64,000 nt of DNA from Candidatus Kerfeldbacteria bacterium RIFCSPLOWO2_02_FULL_42_19. GTDB lineage: Bacteria > Patescibacteriota > Patescibacteriia > HO2-48-17. The stretch is from positions 23,976 to 87,975 of the forward strand of contig MHKF01000012.1 in NCBI GenBank assembly GCA_001818315.1, given 5' to 3'. Position 1 is the first letter of the stretch; each line of letters opens with the position of its first letter. Below are positions 12,724 through 23,643 of the stretch, in pieces. A model generated the notes under the pieces. It was not told the origin of the DNA. It worked only from the letters and a program-made list of their open reading frames with translations, and did no database searches. A program made the position numbers and the translations under genes.

Positions 12724-14427
12724 ATGGATCTCTTTATTGAGATAAGTCTCATTATAGTTCTTGCGGCGTTTATTGCTGGACTTGCGCATCTTCTGAAGCA
12801 GCCGCTTATTATTGGTTATATTTTAACCGGCCTTCTTGTTGGTCCGAAAGTATTGAATCTGCTCCGCGCTTCCGATGTGATTCATATTTTTTCACAGATT
12901 GGCATCGCTCTGCTTTTATTTATTGTTGGGCTTGGTCTGCGACCGAAAAATATTCGCCGACTCGGTAATGTTGCCGTGATTACTGGTGTCGGGCAAGTGC
13001 TCTTTACTTCACTGATCGGCTTTGCAATTGTACGCTTATTTGGTTTTAATGCTACGACGTCATTGTATATTGCGATTGCTTTGACATTCAGTAGTACGAT
13101 TATTATTTTGAAGTTGCTTTCAGATAAGCGGCATCTCGGTACGCTCTACGGTCAAATTTCTATTGGCTTTCTTTTGGTTCAAGATATTATTGCGACCTTG
13201 ATTCTGATTTTTGTTTCGTCGTTTTCTGAAGGCCAACGTTTTATGGAAGTAGCGTTGCTCCTTTTATTGAAGGGAGTTCTCCTTGGCAGTGTTTTATATT
13301 TTTGCACTCGGTATGTACTACCTCCTCTTTCTTTCTTTTTTGCGCGCAAGCAAGAATTTTTATTTTTGTTTTCCATTGCCTGGGGTCTTGGACTTGCAAG
13401 TCTTTTTCATCTCTTAGGATTTTCTATCGAGATCGGCGCGCTTGTTGCTGGCGTCGCTCTTTCTACTACGCCGTATCATCTGAATATTAGTTTTAAGATG
13501 CGTCCGGTTCGTGATTTTTTTGTCATACTCTTTTTTATTCTGCTTGGCTCGGAACTTGTTTTTGAGAGTCTGCTTGATATGCTTCTACCGGCTTTTATTC
13601 TTTCTGTTTTTGTCTTGATCGGAAATCCGCTGATTGTGATGACCCTCCTCGGTTTACTGGGTTATAGTAAACGTACGGGTTTTATGGCGGGCTTAACGGT
13701 TGCTCAGATTAGTGAATTCTCTTTGATTCTGATGGCTTTAGGGAGTGATCTGGGTCATATTTCTCAAGATGCTGTAGCGCTCGTGACGGTTGTAGGGCTT
13801 GTCACTATCGCTGGTTCAACGTATTTGATACTCTATGCTGAAAAAATATATCCGTATCTCGCACCCTATCTTTCTCTTTTTGAAAAAAAACATAGAAAAG
13901 CCGAACAACATGTTGCGCAGTATGATATGTTTCTGTTTGGTTATAATCGAGTCGGGTATGATTTTGTTCAAGTTTTTCGAGATTTAAAGAAAAAGTTTCT
14001 TGTTGTTGATTTTGATCCTGAAGCTGTACAGAGACTGTCTCACTCGAATATTCCTGTGAAATACGGTGATGTCGGTGATAGTGAATTTCTCGCAGAACTT
14101 GATTTGGAGCATGCTATATTAGTTGTTTCTACGATACCGGATTTCGAGACAAATGCCTTTCTTGTACAGCGCATTCGGAGTGTAAACTCGCGTGCGATTG
14201 TCATTGTGATTTCCCATAATATTTCTTGCGCGCAGCAATTATATGACTTCGGCGCTTCCTATGTGATGATGCCTCATTTTTTGGGTGCGCAGTATGCGGC
14301 AATGATGATTGAACGCTATGGTTTTGATGTACAGCGATTTCACAAAGAACGCACTGAACACCGTAGTTATCTTCGTCAAAGGCAGGTTTTGGGCCACGAA
14401 CATCCCGTCGCTGAAAGTCTCCGTTAG
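12724..14427 (+). CDS. Kef-type (CPA2) cation:proton antiporter with a C-terminal RCK/TrkA-N domain
   Basis: N-terminal multi-TM domain (LIIGYILTGLLVGP...) followed by a Rossmann-like segment FLFGYNRVGYDFV and a regulatory domain. Confidence 0.75.
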   Translation: MDLFIEISLIIVLAAFIAGLAHLLKQPLIIGYILTGLLVGPKVLNLLRASDVIHIFSQIGIALLLFIVGLGLRPKNIRRLGNVAVITGVGQVLFTSLIGFAIVRLFGFNATTSLYIAIALTFSSTIIILKLLSDKRHLGTLYGQISIGFLLVQDIIATLILIFVSSFSEGQRFMEVALLLLLKGVLLGSVLYFCTRYVLPPLSFFFARKQEFLFLFSIAWGLGLASLFHLLGFSIEIGALVAGVALSTTPYHLNISFKMRPVRDFFVILFFILLGSELVFESLLDMLLPAFILSVFVLIGNPLIVMTLLGLLGYSKRTGFMAGLTVAQISEFSLILMALGSDLGHISQDAVALVTVVGLVTIAGSTYLILYAEKIYPYLAPYLSLFEKKHRKAEQHVAQYDMFLFGYNRVGYDFVQVFRDLKKKFLVVDFDPEAVQRLSHSNIPVKYGDVGDSEFLAELDLEHAILVVSTIPDFETNAFLVQRIRSVNSRAIVIVISHNISCAQQLYDFGASYVMMPHFLGAQYAAMMIERYGFDVQRFHKERTEHRSYLRQRQVLGHEHPVAESLR

Positions 14428-14452
14428 TGCTATACTGGGATTATCGCCATAG

Positions 14453-16726
14453 GTGTTTTCGTCACGAAATTTTCAATTATTTCTGAGTATTTTCATGCCT
14501 CGTAGTCCCAAGAAAATTGCCAAGCGCGAAACTTCAGTTCTCGATACACTTTCCCCAAAACTTCACCCGCAAGCACAACGCGGAATTCTTGTCATTCTCC
14601 TTTTTGCATTTGGCGCCCTGGCGTTTTTAAGTTTTTTACATGTCGCTGGCCGTGTTGGTGAATGGTTCGCATGGGCACTGATGCTTTTTTTTGGTTGGGG
14701 GAGATTTTTGGTACCTGTTATTGTTTTTGCTCTCGGGTATGTACTTTTGTTTGCGCGTAAATACCAATGGCGATTTGTGGAATATGGCGGTTTTGTACTG
14801 TTGTTGTTGAGTATTTTTGGCATGCTTCATTTTCTTGTACCGGCTGACGCAATGGTTGATAGTATTCCAGTTGGTCAGGGAGGCGGTTACGTTGGTTTCG
14901 CTGTTGCTTGGGTTGTGTATTCACTGTTCGGAGTGTACGCAGGTTGGGTAGTATTTGCTACATTGTTTTTGATTGCTATTCTTTTAGTTTTTAATAACAC
15001 GGCCATTCTTTGGTTGAATCGCATTGGCGGTTTCGCAGGTTTTCTTTCGCGTCTTAAAGATTGGTTTCGTAAAACTGAAGTACATCAAGAGGAATTAGCG
15101 TCTCCTCAGGAAGCTAGCACTGATACCTCTATTATGTCTGCATCGGTAAATCGCGCAAAACCAGAAGACGATCGTGAACCTTCACAGCTTGTATCGCGCG
15201 AGGACGTTGGAACTCAGGAGCATATTCCATTTTCTATTCGACATCCCAGACGGATTGAGATACCGCTTTCGTTGTTGCAAGATAAAGCCGGAAAAGCAAC
15301 GGCGCGAGATATTGTTGTGAATCGGGATCGTATTCAGACGACGTTGAAGAATTTTGGTATTGAAGTAACGATGCATGATGTACACGTTGGGCCAACAGTT
15401 ACGCAGTATGAATTGAAACCCGCTGATGGTGTGAAATTATCCCAAATTCTTACTTTAAAGCGCGATTTGGCATTGGCTTTAGCAGCTCATCCTATTCGCA
15501 TTGAAGCGCCGATCCCTGGGAAAGCACTCGTGGGTATTGAAGTGCCAAATCAATCTGTGGCACTCGTGCGTTTGAAGGAATTGTTGCAGGCACAGGAATT
15601 TAAAAAACGTCGTTCACATTTGACGTTGGCTATCGGCAAGGACGTGGCTGGAACAGTGTTTCTTGCCGAACTTGGAAAAATGCCCCATATGCTTATCGCC
15701 GGGGCGACAGGTTCAGGGAAATCCGTTGCTATTAATAGTCTCATTCTGGGTTTGTTGTTTCAGAATAGCCCTACATCACTGCGATTGATATTGATTGATC
15801 CAAAACGGGTGGAACTCACGGTTTATAATGATATTCCGTATCTTCTGACTCCAGTTATTACGGACTATGAGAAAACAGTGAATGCCTTGAAGTGGGCCGT
15901 GGGGGAGATGGATCGACGCTATGAACTTCTTTCACAAGCTCAGAAACGTCATCTTGATAACTACAACGCGACTGCTCTTGAGAAATTACCGTACATCGTT
16001 ATTGTCATTGATGAATTAGCTGATCTTATGGCAACCTCGGCTCGAGAAATTGAAGCTATTGTTGTGCGTCTGGCACAAATGGCGCGGGCGGTTGGTATCC
16101 ATTTGATTCTTTCTACGCAGCGACCTTCAGTAGACGTGATTACCGGACTCATTAAAGCAAATATTACGACACGTCTTGCTTTTGCAGTCGCTTCGATTAT
16201 TGATTCACGTACTATTCTGGATTTTCAAGGCGCTGAGTCTCTTTTAGGGAACGGAGATATGTTGTATATTTCTGCTGAGCTCTCAAAACCGAAACGACTT
16301 CAGGGTACTTTTGTGGATGATGCTGAGATTAATAATGTAGTAGCCTTTTTACGCAAGCAGCAGGAGCCGAATTATAATTCGGATATTGTGACGCGGCAAT
16401 CGCGTGTTATGGTCCCCGGAGCTTTTCAGGATGCAGAGGACGAAGATGAGTTGTTGGATGCAGCGAAACGTGTCATTATAGAGTCAGGAAAAGCGTCGGC
16501 GTCACTTTTACAGAGGAGGCTCCGTGTGGGGTATGCGCGCGCTGCTCGTATTCTGGATATTCTCGAAGAACAAGGCATTATTGGGCCCGCAGATGGAGCA
16601 AAGCCTCGTGAAATTCTGATTACTTCCGAAGAAGGATTTGACACTGCGCCGGCTTTAACGGAAGAAAGCGAAATGACAGAGACGGAAGACGATGCGCCGC
16701 CGTCACTCCGTCGCAAATCTTTCTAA
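14453..16726 (+). CDS. ftsK: DNA translocase FtsK/SpoIIIE
   Basis: N-terminal TM region, Walker A LIAGATGSGKSVAINS, an RLAQMARAVGIHLILSTQRPS motor motif, and a C-terminal gamma winged-helix (LLQRRLRVGYARAARILDILEEQGIIGP). Confidence 0.92.
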   Translation: MFSSRNFQLFLSIFMPRSPKKIAKRETSVLDTLSPKLHPQAQRGILVILLFAFGALAFLSFLHVAGRVGEWFAWALMLFFGWGRFLVPVIVFALGYVLLFARKYQWRFVEYGGFVLLLLSIFGMLHFLVPADAMVDSIPVGQGGGYVGFAVAWVVYSLFGVYAGWVVFATLFLIAILLVFNNTAILWLNRIGGFAGFLSRLKDWFRKTEVHQEELASPQEASTDTSIMSASVNRAKPEDDREPSQLVSREDVGTQEHIPFSIRHPRRIEIPLSLLQDKAGKATARDIVVNRDRIQTTLKNFGIEVTMHDVHVGPTVTQYELKPADGVKLSQILTLKRDLALALAAHPIRIEAPIPGKALVGIEVPNQSVALVRLKELLQAQEFKKRRSHLTLAIGKDVAGTVFLAELGKMPHMLIAGATGSGKSVAINSLILGLLFQNSPTSLRLILIDPKRVELTVYNDIPYLLTPVITDYEKTVNALKWAVGEMDRRYELLSQAQKRHLDNYNATALEKLPYIVIVIDELADLMATSAREIEAIVVRLAQMARAVGIHLILSTQRPSVDVITGLIKANITTRLAFAVASIIDSRTILDFQGAESLLGNGDMLYISAELSKPKRLQGTFVDDAEINNVVAFLRKQQEPNYNSDIVTRQSRVMVPGAFQDAEDEDELLDAAKRVIIESGKASASLLQRRLRVGYARAARILDILEEQGIIGPADGAKPREILITSEEGFDTAPALTEESEMTETEDDAPPSLRRKSF

Positions 16727-17406
16727 TGTATATGTCGCCATTTACTTCCCGTAGGATTACGTATCAGACGCTTGGAGAACAGTTGCGAGCTTTGCGCACT
16801 TCTGAAGGTCTGTCGGTGTCTGATGTTTCCGCAGCTATTCGGGTTCGGCAGGAATATATCGCAGCGCTCGAAGCTGGACATTACACTGTATTGCCGAGCG
16901 GTATTTATATTCGCAATTTTCTTAAAGAGTACGCCACATTTTTAGGCGTCAGTTGGAAACGGGTTATTACTCTTTATGAAAAAGAAATGCGTGCATTCGC
17001 GCAGCACATCGAAAAGGGGAAGTATTTTGCAAAACAAGGGCCTTCGTTGCGCGCCGTTGTTGTTCCCAAATTGCTACGTATCGGACTTCTTTCTACGCTT
17101 ATGTTTGTGGTGTTCCTGTACATCGGTTTTTCTGTGTATACGACTTTCGCGCCGCCTCGTTTGATTGTTTCTGAGCCATTTGATAATCTCATAGTGCAGG
17201 ATCACGTCTTGCATGTTATCGGAAGCACTGATTCAGCATCGCAGGTTATGATTAATGGGCAGTCTGTGCCAGTGCAAGCAAGCGGGGGTTTTGAACAGAG
17301 AGTATCTTTGCATGATGGGCTGAATACTATTGTTATTACGGCGCAAAATAAACATAGTCGGACTCGGACCGTGTCTCGGCAAGTGGTTGTAGAACCTTCG
17401 TCTTAA
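16726..17406 (+). CDS. rodZ: RodZ-like cytoskeleton protein (HTH_25 + TM + DUF4115-like)
   Basis: N-terminal XRE-type HTH (LGEQLRALRTSEGLSVSDVS...YIRNFLKEYATFLGV), one TM helix, and a C-terminal periplasmic domain. The ATG overlaps the ftsK stop (TAATG). Confidence 0.6.
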   Translation: MYMSPFTSRRITYQTLGEQLRALRTSEGLSVSDVSAAIRVRQEYIAALEAGHYTVLPSGIYIRNFLKEYATFLGVSWKRVITLYEKEMRAFAQHIEKGKYFAKQGPSLRAVVVPKLLRIGLLSTLMFVVFLYIGFSVYTTFAPPRLIVSEPFDNLIVQDHVLHVIGSTDSASQVMINGQSVPVQASGGFEQRVSLHDGLNTIVITAQNKHSRTRTVSRQVVVEPSS

Positions 17407-17424
17407 TTTCATTTATGTTTTTTT

Positions 17425-18513
17425 ATGTCTCAAACAAAGCTTCTTTCGCAATCTGATACGTCCGTTAAAAATTCGCAGCGTGGTGCTGTCAAAATCAATA
17501 TAGGGGAGAGTCGTTTGCGTGCGGCACAACAGGCTGTTGATCAAATAAGAGAACGTTTCGGTGATGGTTCTATTATGCGTCTTGGAGAAGCGAAGTCACT
17601 GCAAGTTGACGTAGTTCCGACCGGTTGTATTTCACTTGATCTTGCGTTGGGCGTCGGTGGATTTCCGCGCGGTCGAGTTATTGAGATTTTTGGACCCGAA
17701 GCTTCCGGCAAGACAACACTTGCGCAGCATGCGGTTGCTGCAGTGCAAAAGCGCGGCGGTGTGGCAGCTTATGTTGATGCTGAACATGCGCTGGATCCTG
17801 AATACGCTAAACACATTGGCATCAATATTAATGACATGTATATTTCTCAGCCAGATACTGGAGAACAGGCATTGGAAATTGTAGAGACCCTTGTGCGTTC
17901 CAATGGTGTTGATGTGATTGTTGTCGATTCAGTTGCTGCTCTTACTCCGCGTGCAGAGATTGAGGGAGAAATGGGGGATAGTCACATGGGTTTACAGGCG
18001 CGGCTTATGAGTCAGGCACTTCGCAAATTGACCGGGATCATTAGTAAGTCGCACACGATAGTAATTTTTATCAATCAGACACGTATGAAACTAGGAGTGT
18101 TTTTTGGTAATCCCGAGACAACGACCGGAGGTATGGCATTGAAGTTTTATTCCTCGGTCCGTATTGAGGTGCGTCGCGCCGCTCAGATTAAGCAAGGTGA
18201 GAAAATTATCGGCAATCGTATTAAGGCGAAGATTGTGAAGAATAAAGTCGCTGCGCCATTTCGTAGTACTGAATTTGATATTATGTATAATCAAGGTATT
18301 TCTTTAGCGGGTGACTTGTTGGATACCGGTGTGCAATTCGGCGTGATTACGAAGAGCGGTAATTCGTTTGCTTATAAAAATGCGAAACTTGGTATCGGTC
18401 GAGAAAACGCGAAAAAGACAATTGAGACGGATCGAAAACTTTCGAATGAACTACGACAGGAAATTATTGCCAAAGCGAAAGAATCCGCAGAATCGCAAGA
18501 GGCGCAAAAGTAA
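17425..18513 (+). CDS. recA: recombinase RecA
   Basis: Walker [12 protein letters not shown] and the conserved L1/L2 regions; 362 aa. Confidence 0.97.
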   Translation: MSQTKLLSQSDTSVKNSQRGAVKINIGESRLRAAQQAVDQIRERFGDGSIMRLGEAKSLQVDVVPTGCISLDLALGVGGFPRGRVIEIFGPEASGKTTLAQHAVAAVQKRGGVAAYVDAEHALDPEYAKHIGININDMYISQPDTGEQALEIVETLVRSNGVDVIVVDSVAALTPRAEIEGEMGDSHMGLQARLMSQALRKLTGIISKSHTIVIFINQTRMKLGVFFGNPETTTGGMALKFYSSVRIEVRRAAQIKQGEKIIGNRIKAKIVKNKVAAPFRSTEFDIMYNQGISLAGDLLDTGVQFGVITKSGNSFAYKNAKLGIGRENAKKTIETDRKLSNELRQEIIAKAKESAESQEAQK

Positions 18514-18520
18514 ATCGAAC

Positions 18521-18685
18521 AGCGGAGTAAGGGGTAATATATATTTTTTCAAATGCTGTGATATCCAAGCATGAATGTTTTGTATTTTTGAAAAAGTTTT
18601 TTGAGTGCACACTCTTCTCGCTCTCTGATGAAAGTTACTTATCACAACGCATTTGAAGAAAACATATATTACCCCTTACTCCGCT
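18521..18685. repeat. 165-bp near-perfect palindromic element immediately downstream of recA
   Basis: Left arm AGCGGAGTAAGGGGTAATATATATTTT (18521-18547) pairs with right arm AAAACATATATTACCCCTTACTCCGCT (18659-18685) with one mismatch. The arms extend inward (TTCAAATGC/GCATTTGAA and TGTGATA/TATCACA) to ~44 bp around a ~75-nt central loop. Confidence 0.8.
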
Positions 18686-19016
18686 TTCATGTACATTAAA
18701 AATTTTTCGATAACTGAAGAAGCCGCATTCCCCTTTGTATGGAATTCGGCTTCTTAATGTGTGCGATGTGATGCTATAGTGTTTTATGCAGATCGCGGAT
18801 TTGTTTTCCGTATTCGTTGACAAGCACGACCCTCTCCTTTCTTCGGTTTTTCCATCGTATTCTCTACTTTGAAAGTAGATGCGTTAGCATTTTAACAATC
18901 TTTCTGTTTTTGTCAAACACAAAACTCCTTTCACACTTCTATCGCTTGAATGTTCGTATATTTTCAAGCGGCACAGGAATGCAAGGAGTACATTTTGTTT
19001 TATTCTCCCGCCGTAT

Positions 19017-19334
19017 TTATATGTTGAGTTTTTTTGCGAGGTCACTCACGAGTGGAATTTCCCAGTACTTTCCAGATATTGCTTGCGCAAATCCTACAAT
19101 AATCACTACAAAGATGACGAGATTGAGAAGCCATCCTAGAAATGGAATAAACCAACAAATGACTGACGCGATAAAGAGTATGATGCCTTGTTTTGCGTGA
19201 AACTGTGCGAACGGGCTATCCTTTTTTAGGATGAGTATCACGATACTGATAAACCATAAATAACTCAGTGCTGCAAGTACTTTGTTTTCTTCAATATCTT
19301 TAGTGTCGCTTGTATTGATTTTTTTTTCTGCCAT
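19017..19334 (-). CDS. DUF4870-family small membrane protein
   Basis: ALSYLWFISIVILIL...HAKQGIILFIASVI pattern. I trimmed the start to the ATG at 19334, which has a perfect SD AGGAGGTGA 7 nt upstream, so there is no overlap with the upstream gene. Confidence 0.6.
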   Translation of the reverse strand: MAEKKINTSDTKDIEENKVLAALSYLWFISIVILILKKDSPFAQFHAKQGIILFIASVICWFIPFLGWLLNLVIFVVIIVGFAQAISGKYWEIPLVSDLAKKLNI

Positions 19335-19348
19335 AGTATCACCTCCTT

Positions 19349-19795
19349 TCAGATTTTGAGTGATGTCTGTGATGTATGATGCTTTGTGTTGCGTTGAAAG
19401 TATCCGATCAATAGGATCGTCATTTGAGTGATGAGGAAACTGAGCAATACCCACAGTGCGGATTGTGTGATGATAGCGAACGCGCTCCAGATGGTTTTGT
19501 TTTGGATTATTTCTACAATAGCAATACTCGTACCGCTTGCGACGCCGCTCACGAGGTTGCTCATAATCATATGTTCTTTTGCGCGATATTGATGTTGATA
19601 CAGCTGAGAGCTGATGAAGATTATGAGGACGATATTCGCTAGTATTATGAGATGGAGGGTGTATGTTTCTAAGTATGCCGCAATATTAAAAATCAAGAGT
19701 ACGAGTGTCGGTTTACTCACCAGCATGAAGATTTTCTGCATATTCTCTTGTGTAATATTGTGTTTTGTTTGGTTTTTTTGTTCTGCTATTTCCAT
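19349..19795 (-). CDS. hypothetical polytopic membrane protein
   Basis: 148 aa with 4 predicted TM segments. It is on the same strand as 19017..19334 and 14 nt upstream of it, so probably co-transcribed. Confidence 0.5.
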   Translation of the reverse strand: MEIAEQKNQTKHNITQENMQKIFMLVSKPTLVLLIFNIAAYLETYTLHLIILANIVLIIFISSQLYQHQYRAKEHMIMSNLVSGVASGTSIAIVEIIQNKTIWSAFAIITQSALWVLLSFLITQMTILLIGYFQRNTKHHTSQTSLKI

Positions 19796-19941
19796 ATTTT
19801 TCTTCTTGTAGCATATCTCAAACCGGCTTTCGAGGCAAAATTTTGGTGTACGTGTGATACGAGTTTTTCTACGATCCCGAGTATTTCTCTCTCTTTTTGT
19901 ATCCTATGACGCAATGTGAGTTGCTGACGATTGTGCCGCGG

Positions 19942-20700
19942 TTATTTTTTTTGACCGCTTTTGGTATATTCCGCAATTACTGTTTTCATTGCCGCCACTT
20001 CGGCTTGTATGGTGCGGTTTAAGGAAAAAGCTGAGGCTACGGAATAAACGTACGGCATTTCGAGGCAGAAGGAGTATGGGATGCCTTCATGATGCATTCG
20101 CTCTTCGAATGACCCGTCTGGTTTTGGTTGTACAATGAGACCATTATGTGCTTGCATTGAAAAAATACGAGATTTTTTACAAATGGGGATGTATCGATTT
20201 ATGCTCGTCAGTATTTTTCGTGGGAGCAGTATTGGTTGTTCATTGCGAATATATGCGTGCAGGTAAGCGCATGTGTTTACATCATCTCCATGGAGTGCCA
20301 TGAAGCAGTGGACATTTTCTTTCTTCATAGTATTGTAAAGCGCTCTGTTTTCTTTTTTGAATGTGTGATTGCGAAAATGTCTATTGAGATTGATGTTTTG
20401 AAAATTACGTTCCCTGCAAGCATGAAATCCTGTAGGATTGGCTACTGGAAACAGTATAATTTTTGGTACGTTTTGTTTTTTAAAGTTGATGCTTTTGAGT
20501 AATTTTAACATCGCGAATGACCCAGATATTTCGTCGCCATGAATTCCTGCTGAAAAACATACAGTTTTGTGAGCGTTGCCTGGAATAGTGACTTTGAAGA
20601 GGGGGTATTCATTCCTTTTACCAACAAAACTAATAACCTCGAGACGAAAATGTCTCTGTGCACAAATGGATGTAAGTTTTTGGATGTAGGAGAAATACAT
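19942..20700 (-). CDS. M14-like zinc hydrolase (succinylglutamate desuccinylase/aspartoacylase family)
   Basis: GIHGDEISG and ALHGDD motifs typical of AstE/AspA and MpaA-type enzymes. Confidence 0.5.
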   Translation of the reverse strand: MYFSYIQKLTSICAQRHFRLEVISFVGKRNEYPLFKVTIPGNAHKTVCFSAGIHGDEISGSFAMLKLLKSINFKKQNVPKIILFPVANPTGFHACRERNFQNINLNRHFRNHTFKKENRALYNTMKKENVHCFMALHGDDVNTCAYLHAYIRNEQPILLPRKILTSINRYIPICKKSRIFSMQAHNGLIVQPKPDGSFEERMHHEGIPYSFCLEMPYVYSVASAFSLNRTIQAEVAAMKTVIAEYTKSGQKK

Positions 20701-20877
20701 AAAATACCTTCAGGTTCAGGCGTTTCTTGATCACAGATATTTTGGCTTATATCGGCCATATTTTTATGATTATACCTCATTTTGCAACGCGCACTTATGT
20801 CTTATCCTTGTTGTTATGTTCTGATACTATAATTTTAAGATAACCAAAATTTATTTTTGTGTAAAGTTTTACTTTTA

Positions 20878-21041
20878 GGGGTCTGTCGCCGAATACGCTT
20901 TCGTCTGTGAAATCGTAGAATTTCGTGACAGAACCGCTGAATAAATTTTGAGGTTTATATGGAATATAAGCTGAAAAATTTTGAAGCGATTCTGGCCGAA
21001 ATGCTACGATTGCAACAGAAATGGTATTCGGCGACAGACCC
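20878..21041. mobile_element. family-A MITE-like element, copy 1 (164 bp, no coding capacity)
   Basis: Terminal inverted repeats GGGTCTGTCGCCGAATAC at 20878-20895 and 21024-21041. It is ~90% identical over its full length to the reverse complement of 36427..36588. Both copies are flanked by TTTTA/TTTA(A). Confidence 0.8.
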
Positions 21042-21123
21042 TTTATACAAACACAACCCCCGAAATAGTGGGGATTGTGTGATTACAATCTCAGAGCCCT
21101 GTGTTTTGGTTTTTAAGAGATTT

Positions 21124-22827
<1,704 letters not shown>

Positions 22828-22848
22828 CTACCTTCTGCTTTGTGATAT

Positions 22849-23139
22849 TTATGCTTCGATGATCGCGAGAATGTCCGATTCGTTCGCAATCATGTATTCT
22901 TCATCGTTGATTTTGACTTCGGTTGGACCGTATTTTGCAAAAATTACTTTTTGACCTTTTTTGACCTCCATTTGCGCACGTTGCCCGTTCTCTAAAAGTT
23001 TTCCTGGGCCGACGGCAATGACTTCAGCCTCTTCCGGTTTTTTTTCGACCGTGTCGGGAAGGAAAATGCCTGACTTGGTCATTTCTTCTTTTTTTATTGG
23101 TTTGAGGATCACACGATCACCTAATGGTTGCAGTTGCAT
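22849..23139 (-). CDS. groS: co-chaperonin GroES
   Basis: 96 aa, MQLQPLGDRVILKP... Confidence 0.95.
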   Translation of the reverse strand: MQLQPLGDRVILKPIKKEEMTKSGIFLPDTVEKKPEEAEVIAVGPGKLLENGQRAQMEVKKGQKVIFAKYGPTEVKINDEEYMIANESDILAIIEA

Positions 23140-23214
23140 AGGTTTAGATGTGTTAATGATTGAAAATAGCTAGATGTAGCGAAGTATATAAAACCTACAT
23201 TCGTATAGAGGTGG

Positions 23215-23241
23215 TTAGCACTCAAAAGTTTGGAGTGCTAA
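23215..23241. promoter_or_regulatory. CIRCE operator (HrcA binding site) in the groES leader
   Basis: Perfect match to TTAGCACTC-N9-GAGTGCTAA (TTAGCACTCAAAAGTTTGGAGTGCTAA). Confidence 0.9.
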
Positions 23242-23249
23242 CTTTTCCT

Positions 23250-23278
23250 ATCTTATCGGTAAAGTTTTTTTTCGTCAA
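23250..23278 (-). promoter_or_regulatory. putative groESL promoter (TTGACG-17-TAAGAT on the minus strand), immediately followed by CIRCE
   Basis: Hexamers and 17-nt spacer read from the sequence. The same ~37-bp segment recurs at 24596..24632. Confidence 0.5.
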
Positions 23279-23323
23279 GAGCTTCTTATTGTAACATGAC
23301 ATATGCAACTCATATGAGAAAAA

Positions 23324-23479
23324 ATGAGTATGCGTATACAATCAAAGGAAATCATCCGTTCTTTTAAAAAGACGGGCTCCGCCGCAACAGCGGCACAGGA
23401 GGCTCAGCATCCATACAACTACTTGTATATCGTTGGCTTACAAGAGCCCGGAGCGGTTGGAGTAACTATCTCCGCATGA
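23324..23479 (+). CDS. possible small ORF (51 aa), speculative
   Basis: ATG..TGA ORF reading MSMRIQSKEIIRSFKKTGSAATAAQEAQHPYNYLYIVGLQEPGAVGVTISA, followed by the 23557..23600 terminator. It has no convincing SD and no homology. Confidence 0.2.
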   Translation: MSMRIQSKEIIRSFKKTGSAATAAQEAQHPYNYLYIVGLQEPGAVGVTISA

Positions 23480-23556
23480 AGCCCTGAGGCTATGAGTGCA
23501 AAATGTGTTTTCCTAAAATAAAGTTAAAATGTCATAGTTTTATGGAAATGAAAAAT

Positions 23557-23600
23557 GCCTTGCGGGTTCAGAAATGAATTTTCTGAATGCAAGGCTTTTT
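23557..23600. terminator. bidirectional rho-independent terminator
   Basis: GCCTTGCGGGTTCAGAAA-TGAA-TTTTCTGAATGCAAGGC hairpin with AAAAA on the 5' side and TTTTT on the 3' side. It sits just downstream of the stop of the minus-strand gene 23644..24528. Confidence 0.65.
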
Positions 23601-23643
23601 GAGGAAGGGGCTTGTGGTGGGATTTGATGAGTTGGGTAGGGGG

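Noticed and set aside
19335-19454. Longer start for the DUF4870 gene (19017..19454), overlapping the upstream gene by ~106 nt
   Set aside because: The internal ATG at 19334 has a perfect AGGAGGTGA SD at optimal spacing. The extension would overlap the C-terminus of 19349..19795 in another frame.
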